A stretch of DNA of 53,786 nucleotides from Algicola sp. Lineage in GTDB: Bacteria; Bacteroidota; Bacteroidia; Flavobacteriales; Flavobacteriaceae. A program made the position numbers and the translations under genes. The notes beneath the pieces were generated by a model that did no database searches, had not been told where the DNA came from, and worked only from the letters and a program-made list of their open reading frames with translations. Shown here in pieces: positions 47,186-53,786 of this stretch. The DNA is taken from NCBI GenBank assembly GCA_018222875.1, contig JAAEZL010000005.1:1-53786 (forward strand). The letters run 5' to 3'. Within the stretch, counting starts at the first letter, position 1. The number at the start of each line of letters is the position of its first letter.

Positions 47186-50100
47186 ATGAAAAAAATTTAC
47201 ACACTTTTATTAACCCTATTAATTACAAGTTTGGGGTTTGGACAAACATTATCAGCTGGTGATTTAGCCATAATTGGCGTAGGCGTTGATGATGAAGAAG
47301 TTTTAGTTGTTGCATTGGAAGACATTCCTTCAGGCGAATCTGTTTTTTTTACAGATGACGAATGGGCAGGTTCTGCATTCAATTCAGGCGAAGGCTTCTA
47401 CGAATGGGTAACTCCAGCAATAACAGCTGGTACTGTATTTACAATTACTACTGCTACCACTAGTGTAGGTGGTACAGTTACACAGAGAGCAGGTAGTTTT
47501 GCTTTAGGTAACAGTGGTGATGGTGTTTTCTTATATCAAACATCAACCAACGTTTACAACACAGGAACTTATACTGTTCTTGGTTTTGCTGGAGAAGATT
47601 CTGGAGATTCTGGGAGTTTAGCAGGAACTGGTCTAACTGAAGGCACTAACGCAGTTTATTTTGGCGGAGACAATGGAATCTATACTGGTACTAGAGTTGG
47701 CCAAGACAAAGCAACTTACTTATCCTTAATTTATAATTCAAGCAACTGGGCTACATCTACAACTTCACAAACTTTTGATTTAACAGATTTTACTTTAGCT
47801 GGAGGAGCTCCTGAAACTCAAGTTGAATTTATCGGATCTGCATTTTCTGTTTCAGAAGGTATTGGAACTTATGAATTAGAATTTACAATCGTAAATGAAG
47901 ATGCTGCTGCAACAAGCTTTGATGTTGTTTTAACGGTTGGTGACAATGCAGACATAGATGGTTACATTACTGAAACTGTAACATTTCCCGGAGGTTCTGC
48001 TGCAGATCAGGTGGTTGAATTAACCATTACTGATGATGCCTTATTTGAAGCTGACGAAACTTTAACGTTCGAAATACAAAACGTAACTGGCGGAAACAAT
48101 GCTGCTGCTGGTGCTAACAGTTCATTTGATTTAACCATAACTAATAACGATGCACCTCCTACCATTGCTTTGCCATATTCTGAAGACTTTTCAAATTGTG
48201 GAACTGCACAATGGGTTTCTTTTGATGAAAACGCAAGTAATTCTTGGACATGTGCTTCTGGTGCGTATACTATGAATGGCTTTCCAAATACAGATGATAT
48301 TGACTGGTTGATTTCAAATTTTAGTATTGATTTTGATTTAACAAGTAATGAAAATATCGCTGTGACAACTTCAGAGCAATTTGGAGATGATATAAATGAT
48401 GTGGGCGAATTTGAATTACGTTACTCTACCGATTATGTTGGGTATGGAGATCCAACAGGAGCAACATGGACTGCCTTAGCGTTTGATCCTAACAATACAT
48501 CAACTGGTTTTGGAGCTTCAGCCGATGCTGTAACAGTCGTTGATGCTTCAGGCATTACAGGAACTGCATACCTCGCTTTCTTTTATGATGCAGCTGCAGG
48601 TTCGGGACCAGAAGAATGGAATATTACAGAAATTGTTATTCAAGAAGGCGCTTTACCAACAAGTGTAGAACTAACAACTACAAGTGTAAGTGTTGCTGAA
48701 GATTCAGGAACTTACGATTTAGAGTTTTCAATTACTAATGAAGACGCTACAAATGCAACTACATTTGATGTGGTTTTAACATCAGGTGATGCTGCAGATA
48801 TTAATTCATACACTACACAAACAGTAACATTTCCTGCAGGAACTTCTGCTAACCAGATTGTAACTGTAACTATAACGGACGATGCTATTGAAGAATTAGA
48901 TGAAGTTTTTACTTTTGAAATACAGAATGTTGCTGGAGGAAATGCAGCAGCAGTTGGAACTAACAACGCATTTGATTTAACCATTTTAGCCAATGATGCT
49001 GTTGCAGCGCCAGGAACTATATATGATGCAGATTTTTCTAATGATGGCGATGGTTTCGCTGCTCACACGTCTTCTTCACCTCCAGTGCCTGGCCCTACTT
49101 CTGTTGGTCCTTTTGGTACGGCTCCTAATGCATGGTTTTTATCTTACGATACGACACCTGGAACGGATGGCTCAGACAATAGTTTTGAAGTTGTCGCTGG
49201 TGAATTAGTAAGTGATGATTGGGGCGGACAAGGAATTTTTACAAGTCAGATGATTGACGTTACTGGTATTAGTGTGGTTGACATATCTGCAACAGGTGTA
49301 GATATAGATGCTAATCAAGATGAATTTACTTATTTCTACATCTTAGATGGTGGAACCAGAGTTGAAACACCTGTAGCTTCAAATGATGGTGATCCGGTGA
49401 ATTATTCTATTACAGGTTTAGATGTATCGGGAGCTACAAGTCTAGAAGTTGGTTTTGAGTTTTCTGAAAATGGTGGCGGACAAGGTTACAGCGTTTCTGA
49501 GTTTTTAGTTGTTGAAGGATCTGCTGATACATCTGTTCAGTTTACTTCTACAGCTGACACAGTATTTGAAAATGCTGGAACTTACGACCTAACTTTCGAA
49601 ATTCTTTTTGAAGATGCAACTAACGCAACGACTTTTGATGTTGTTTTAACTTCAGGAGATGCTGCAGATATTGATTCTTACACAACTCAAACTGTAACAT
49701 TCCCGGCTGGCACTTCTGCTAACCAAACCGTTACTGTTACTATTACAGATGACGCTTTAGTTGAGTCTAGTGAAGTGTTTACTTTTGAAATTCAAAATGT
49801 TGCTGGAGGAACTAATGCAGCTGCAGGAACTAATAACAACTTTGAATTAACTATTCAAGATAACGATGGAAGTGCACCTTTACCTGGTGATCTTGTAATT
49901 TCAGAAATTATGTATAATTCATCTGGAAGTGATGATGAATGGATTGAAATCTACAATGCATCTGGTGCAGATATCACGCTTGATTCAGATTGGAGATTAA
50001 GTTACGATGGTAGTACTTTTGATTTTGCAGGAACTTTAATTTCTGCTGGTAGCTACTTAACTATTGCAGTTGGTAGTAATGGTGATGGAATCTATAATAA

Positions 50101-51991
50101 TGACAATCCATTTACTCCGGATGTTAGCACAATTTCAACACCTGCAGCAACTGCTTCTACTGACAATTCAAATAATTTAGTTAATAGCTCTGCTACAATA
50201 GAAATCATATTTGATCCTAGTGGTTCTAATATAACAATAGATACAGTAACCTACGATGATGGTTTTCCATGGTTTACTGCACCAGATGGTAATGGACCTT
50301 CACTAGAACTTATTGATGTAACTTTTGATAATACATTAGCGTCAAGCTGGATTGCTTCTGGTGATTATGTTGGTGGAACTCCTGGAGCAGCTTATGTTGC
50401 ACCTGAAACATATACGTATAACGGAACTTGGTCTCCAAGCGATCCTAATGGTGCAACCAATGCTGGAGATGATATCGTTATTTCTTCTGGCGATGCCATT
50501 ATAAATACTAATACAACATGTAAAAGCGTAACAATAAATCCAGGTGCTGGTCTTACTGTTGATACAGGTGTAACACTTACAGCTACTGACGGGTTAACAC
50601 TAGAATCTAGTTCAACCAGTTATTCAAGTTTAATACTTGATGGTACAGTTGCAGGAACAATGAATTATGAGCGTCATGTTAATATTAATGGTACTGGAAC
50701 AACTGGCAGTAACGATTTAGTGTCTGCACCTTTAACTGGACAAGCATTTAGTGATTTTGCTACAGCAAACCCTAACATTCTAAACAATGGTACATTGTAT
50801 TTATTCGGTCCTTTTGAAAAAACTGGTGGAACATTTGTTACTTGGGCTGACACGGAATCAGCTACATTAGATGCTGGTGTAGGTTATAGAGCTGCAACTA
50901 CCAATAACAGTACCGTTACTTTTACTGGTACAGCTGAAAATGGAACTATTACAAACGACATCATTAATGGTGGTAGTAATTTTGAAGAATGGAACCTAGT
51001 TGGTAACCCTTATCCTTCATATTTGAATGTACAAAGTTTCCTTACTCATGATGTTGGTGGTGCTACAAACCTTCAATTATTTGATGCAGGTTCTGCTGCT
51101 ATTTATGGTTATGATGGTTCTGCCCTAAACGGATGGACGATTTACAACTTAGCAACGACAACAGCTTCAACTGTAATCGCTCCTGGCCAGGGATTCTTTG
51201 TAAGTGCTGATGCAACAAATGCAACACTTTATGATTTAGAATTCACACCTGGTATGCGTTCTACTGGTACAACTGATGATTTCATACCTAATCGTAATGC
51301 TGAATTAATTTACCTAAAAATAAGTGCAAGTACTAATTCTAATTCGTACACTACTGATTTCTATTTCAATAACAATGCTAGTCTCGGTTTCGATCTTGGT
51401 TACGATGCTGAAGTTTGGGGTGGAACTACTCCTGAATTTGGAATCTACTCACACTTAGTGCAAGACAATAATGGTCTTTCAATGGCTCTTCAGGCATTAA
51501 ATGCTTCAGACTTAGCCGATGTAACCATTCCGTTAGGTGTAAACGCTAATCAAGGAGAACAATTAACTTTCAGTATTGCTGATTCTACTTTACCAGAATC
51601 TGTAAATGTATATCTTGAAGATGTTGTTACTAATACTACTACTTTATTAAACAACTCTGATTATGTAATTACGCCAAACTCTAATTTGTCTGGAACAGGT
51701 CGTTTCTTCTTAAGAACTTCTGAAGATGCTTTATCAACTATTGAAAATAATCTTGACACTCTTAACATATTCGCTTTAAATAATTCTAGAGAAATTATGG
51801 TAAGCGGACAGTTAAAAGAACATACGGTTTTGAATCTTTTTGACATTCAAGGAAGAAAAGTGTTATCTACTAAACTTGACAGCAGTAAGATTGAAAACAG
51901 GATTGATGTCTCTAATTTAAGTGGAGGTGTATATGTAGTGACTGTATTAAATAACGGTCAGCAAAAAACACAAAAGGTGATTATTAAATAA
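47186..51991 (+). CDS. Large acidic T9SS cargo/adhesin-like protein, paralog 3 (3 Calx-beta-like repeats, lamin-tail-like domain)
   Basis: Signal peptide ...GFG-Q; three FDVVLT...TVTFP.G...ITDDA..E..E..TFEIQNV repeats; LVISEIMYN..DEWIEIYN; shared cassette; CTD ending TQKVIIK. Confidence 0.87.
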   Translation: MKKIYTLLLTLLITSLGFGQTLSAGDLAIIGVGVDDEEVLVVALEDIPSGESVFFTDDEWAGSAFNSGEGFYEWVTPAITAGTVFTITTATTSVGGTVTQRAGSFALGNSGDGVFLYQTSTNVYNTGTYTVLGFAGEDSGDSGSLAGTGLTEGTNAVYFGGDNGIYTGTRVGQDKATYLSLIYNSSNWATSTTSQTFDLTDFTLAGGAPETQVEFIGSAFSVSEGIGTYELEFTIVNEDAAATSFDVVLTVGDNADIDGYITETVTFPGGSAADQVVELTITDDALFEADETLTFEIQNVTGGNNAAAGANSSFDLTITNNDAPPTIALPYSEDFSNCGTAQWVSFDENASNSWTCASGAYTMNGFPNTDDIDWLISNFSIDFDLTSNENIAVTTSEQFGDDINDVGEFELRYSTDYVGYGDPTGATWTALAFDPNNTSTGFGASADAVTVVDASGITGTAYLAFFYDAAAGSGPEEWNITEIVIQEGALPTSVELTTTSVSVAEDSGTYDLEFSITNEDATNATTFDVVLTSGDAADINSYTTQTVTFPAGTSANQIVTVTITDDAIEELDEVFTFEIQNVAGGNAAAVGTNNAFDLTILANDAVAAPGTIYDADFSNDGDGFAAHTSSSPPVPGPTSVGPFGTAPNAWFLSYDTTPGTDGSDNSFEVVAGELVSDDWGGQGIFTSQMIDVTGISVVDISATGVDIDANQDEFTYFYILDGGTRVETPVASNDGDPVNYSITGLDVSGATSLEVGFEFSENGGGQGYSVSEFLVVEGSADTSVQFTSTADTVFENAGTYDLTFEILFEDATNATTFDVVLTSGDAADIDSYTTQTVTFPAGTSANQTVTVTITDDALVESSEVFTFEIQNVAGGTNAAAGTNNNFELTIQDNDGSAPLPGDLVISEIMYNSSGSDDEWIEIYNASGADITLDSDWRLSYDGSTFDFAGTLISAGSYLTIAVGSNGDGIYNNDNPFTPDVSTISTPAATASTDNSNNLVNSSATIEIIFDPSGSNITIDTVTYDDGFPWFTAPDGNGPSLELIDVTFDNTLASSWIASGDYVGGTPGAAYVAPETYTYNGTWSPSDPNGATNAGDDIVISSGDAIINTNTTCKSVTINPGAGLTVDTGVTLTATDGLTLESSSTSYSSLILDGTVAGTMNYERHVNINGTGTTGSNDLVSAPLTGQAFSDFATANPNILNNGTLYLFGPFEKTGGTFVTWADTESATLDAGVGYRAATTNNSTVTFTGTAENGTITNDIINGGSNFEEWNLVGNPYPSYLNVQSFLTHDVGGATNLQLFDAGSAAIYGYDGSALNGWTIYNLATTTASTVIAPGQGFFVSADATNATLYDLEFTPGMRSTGTTDDFIPNRNAELIYLKISASTNSNSYTTDFYFNNNASLGFDLGYDAEVWGGTTPEFGIYSHLVQDNNGLSMALQALNASDLADVTIPLGVNANQGEQLTFSIADSTLPESVNVYLEDVVTNTTTLLNNSDYVITPNSNLSGTGRFFLRTSEDALSTIENNLDTLNIFALNNSREIMVSGQLKEHTVLNLFDIQGRKVLSTKLDSSKIENRIDVSNLSGGVYVVTVLNNGQQKTQKVIIK

Positions 51992-52023
51992 TCATATAAC
52001 TTACTTAATTAATCCTTAGAAAA

Positions 52024-52185
52024 ATGAAAACAAAGAAACATCAAGATCATATCTCAAGAAAAGATGCCCTCAAAAAGATGGGTAAATATGCTGCCTTAAC
52101 AGCCATTGGGACATTCATTATTTTGAATCCTAAGCAAGCTCAGGCATCATCACCTCCTGATCCAGGAGGAAATCCTTTTGATTAA
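52024..52185 (+). CDS. 53-aa small protein, copy 1: Tat-like leader plus 12-aa tail SSPPDPGGNPFD
   Basis: MKTKKHQDHISRKDALKKMGKYAALTAIGTFIILNPKQAQASSPPDPGGNPFD*; 44/53 identical to copy 2; A-rich context before the ATG. Confidence 0.88.
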   Translation: MKTKKHQDHISRKDALKKMGKYAALTAIGTFIILNPKQAQASSPPDPGGNPFD

Positions 52186-52212
52186 TTTCCTATTTAAGTT
52201 TTATAACTGATT

Positions 52213-52244
52213 AAAAAGTGCACTATAGTTAGTGCACTTTTTTT
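52213..52244 (+). terminator. Intrinsic terminator after peptide gene 1
   Basis: AAAAAGTGCACTA-tagt-TAGTGCACTTTTTTT. Confidence 0.88.
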
Positions 52245-52295
52245 GTAATTTATTTACATCAAGAGTATTATTGTGACTCTATTTAAAAACTTTTA

Positions 52296-52303
52296 TATAT
52301 TTA
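52296..52303 (+). promoter_or_regulatory. Variant -7 element (TATATTTA)
   Basis: The same ATATATTTAC...GCTAT pattern recurs at 53469-53489 before the next gene. Confidence 0.4.
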
Positions 52304-52334
52304 CAACTTTGCTATTAACAAATATTTTTTAATT

Positions 52335-53135
52335 ATGAAACAATTTTACTTTTTATTAACGGCTATTATATTATCTAGTTTTAATATGCAAGCTCAGTTA
52401 GAAAACACCATTTCATCTTCTAATAATGATAACGCAGATGGTAATGGAGGTTTAACTTATTTCACACTTAGTGCTAGCGCAGGAAGCAATTCTTACTCTA
52501 CTGATTTTTATTTCAACGCTAATGCAACTGCAGGTTTTGATTTAGGATTTGATGCTGAATTTTTTGGCAATCCTCCTGTGTTTTCAATTTATTCACTTCT
52601 AGTCGAAGAAAATGAAGGCGAACCTATTGCTTTACAGGCTTTAAATCCAAGCAACCTGGATAACACCACGATTCCCTTAGGCGTGAATGCTTTGGCAAGT
52701 GAAGAATTAACAATTAGTATTTCAACATCAACACTACCAGGTACTATTGAAATATTTCTGGATGATACAGCGACAAGCACAACAACATTGTTAACCTCTT
52801 CAGATTATGTATTCACTCCTGCTACTCAGTTATCTGGAACAGGTCGTTTCTTTATAAGAACTAATGATACATCATTATCGACAGCTGAAAATAATATTGA
52901 AAACTTAACTATCTTTAGTTTAAATGATTCTAAAGAATTAGTTGTTAATGGTCAGTTAGATGTAAATTCAGTATTGAGTCTGTATGATATTCAAGGTCGA
53001 TTAGTACTTAGTGCTCAACTCGATAACACGCTGTTGCAAAACCGTATTAATGTATCCTCTGTAAATAGCGGTATATATGTTGTTAATGTTCAAAATAGCG
53101 AACAGCAAATGTCTCAAAAAGTAATAATTAAATAA
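52335..53135 (+). CDS. Minimal T9SS cargo protein, paralog 4 (one module plus CTD)
   Basis: Signal peptide ...MQA-Q; TDFYFN...GFDLGFDA...IPLGVNA...SGTGRFFIR; CTD ending SQKVIIK. Confidence 0.85.
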   Translation: MKQFYFLLTAIILSSFNMQAQLENTISSSNNDNADGNGGLTYFTLSASAGSNSYSTDFYFNANATAGFDLGFDAEFFGNPPVFSIYSLLVEENEGEPIALQALNPSNLDNTTIPLGVNALASEELTISISTSTLPGTIEIFLDDTATSTTTLLTSSDYVFTPATQLSGTGRFFIRTNDTSLSTAENNIENLTIFSLNDSKELVVNGQLDVNSVLSLYDIQGRLVLSAQLDNTLLQNRINVSSVNSGIYVVNVQNSEQQMSQKVIIK

Positions 53136-53145
53136 TTGATTTTAT

Positions 53146-53307
53146 ATGATGATTAAAAAACAACAAGATAAAATCACACGAAAAGATGCGATCAGAAAAA
53201 TGGGAAGATATGCTGCCTTGACAGCATTAGGAACCTTTATCATTTTAAATCCTAAACAAGCTCAGGCCTCTTCTCCACCTGATCCAGGAGGAAACCCATT
53301 TGATTAA
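53146..53307 (+). CDS. 53-aa small protein, copy 2: Tat-like leader plus 12-aa tail SSPPDPGGNPFD
   Basis: MMIKKQQDKITRKDAIRKMGRYAALTALGTFIILNPKQAQASSPPDPGGNPFD*; starts 10 nt after the upstream stop (alternative ATG at 53149). Confidence 0.88.
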   Translation: MMIKKQQDKITRKDAIRKMGRYAALTALGTFIILNPKQAQASSPPDPGGNPFD

Positions 53308-53333
53308 ATTCAAGTTTTGACTAAAAGTTTAAT

Positions 53334-53364
53334 AAAAGCACACAACAACAAATGTATGCTTTTT
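53334..53364 (+). terminator. Probable intrinsic terminator after peptide gene 2
   Basis: AAAAGCACACA...TGTATGCTTTTT with one mismatch. Confidence 0.6.
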
Positions 53365-53446
53365 GCTTATATTTTTTCAAATTTTATAAATTCAACATTT
53401 TTTTAACTCTATAGATGTAATTTATTAACACGAAAACGTTTTCGTC

Positions 53447-53477
53447 TTTGAAGTACATAATTAGTTTCATATATTTA
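53447..53477 (+). promoter_or_regulatory. Putative -33/-7 promoter
   Basis: TTTG (53447-50), 19-nt spacer, TATATTTA (53470-77). Confidence 0.5.
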
Positions 53478-53514
53478 CTATATAGCTATAACTTATTTAA
53501 AAATTATTTTACAT

Positions 53515-53786
53515 ATGAAGAACTTATACATTTTATTTTTTACAGCCTTGCTCACCTTTAACGTACAAGCACAATTAGGCACAACTTCATTTTCTGTTGG
53601 TGATGATGATGCAAACAACTATGGTGGGAGTTGGAACACAACCAATTTAGGCAATGGTTTTAGTGACTGGGTTTTTGATACCGCAACTCCAAATGGTGGT
53701 TTTGCCGGACGTTTTATCGGATCTTTTTCTACTGCTTTAGATGTTAGTGGTGACTCATTTGGTTTATTTGCAAATAGTGGAAACGG
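53515..53786 (+). CDS. 5' part of a secreted protein, probably the next T9SS cargo (partial)
   Basis: MKNLYILFFTALLTFNVQA-QLGTTSFSVGDDDANNYGGSWN..., open to the window end; signal peptide resembles that of 52335..53135. Confidence 0.8.
   Translation, partial: MKNLYILFFTALLTFNVQAQLGTTSFSVGDDDANNYGGSWNTTNLGNGFSDWVFDTATPNGGFAGRFIGSFSTALDVSGDSFGLFANSGN

Noticed and set aside
1787-52780. Many 60-160 aa ORFs antisense to or out of frame within long genes (e.g. 6075..6344, 7395..7883, 34125..34445, 48712..48993)
   Set aside because: They lie wholly or largely within well-supported genes and carry no recognisable motifs; treated as shadow ORFs.
42259-53135. Diversity-generating retroelement or invertase shufflon behind the paralog similarity
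   Set aside because: No reverse transcriptase or recombinase is in the window, differences are mostly synonymous rather than adenine-specific, and all copies share one orientation.

Overview
AT-rich Bacteroidota window. Gene content (short RpoD, TAnnTTTG promoters, T9SS C-terminal domains) points to a marine Flavobacteriaceae; this is inference. From left to right: (i) tandem paralogous lipoproteins next to a T9SS-secreted alpha/beta-hydrolase; (ii) rpsO-pnp, then about 7.8 kb of accessory genes (lipoprotein, ECF sigma plus beta-barrel protein, HAS/NodC-like GT2, proC-proB-proA, small PD-(D/E)xK-like ORF), then rpoD-rpe; (iii) a ~24 kb minus-strand Wzx/Wzy polysaccharide locus (wzc, wza, wecA-like, wecB, wecG-like, bi-domain oxidoreductase, wzy-like, several GTs, four hexapeptide acyltransferases, AsnB-like amidotransferase, sulfotransferase). 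Its flippase gene has one in-frame TAA stop, and the locus contains a repeat-rich 770 bp spacer; (iv) a divergent array of paralogous T9SS cargo genes with a shared C-terminal cassette and swapped N-termini. The top candidate for an undescribed system is a pair of 53-aa ORFs missing from the ORF track (52024-52185 and 53146-53307). Each lies just behind a T9SS cargo gene and before a terminator-like hairpin, and encodes a Tat-like leader ending in AQA plus an identical 12-residue tail, SSPPDPGGNPFD. Their last 25 codons differ by 12 synonymous and 0 non-synonymous changes. No rRNA, tRNA, CRISPR array, integrase or transposase was recognised. All family calls come from reading motifs by eye, not from database searches.
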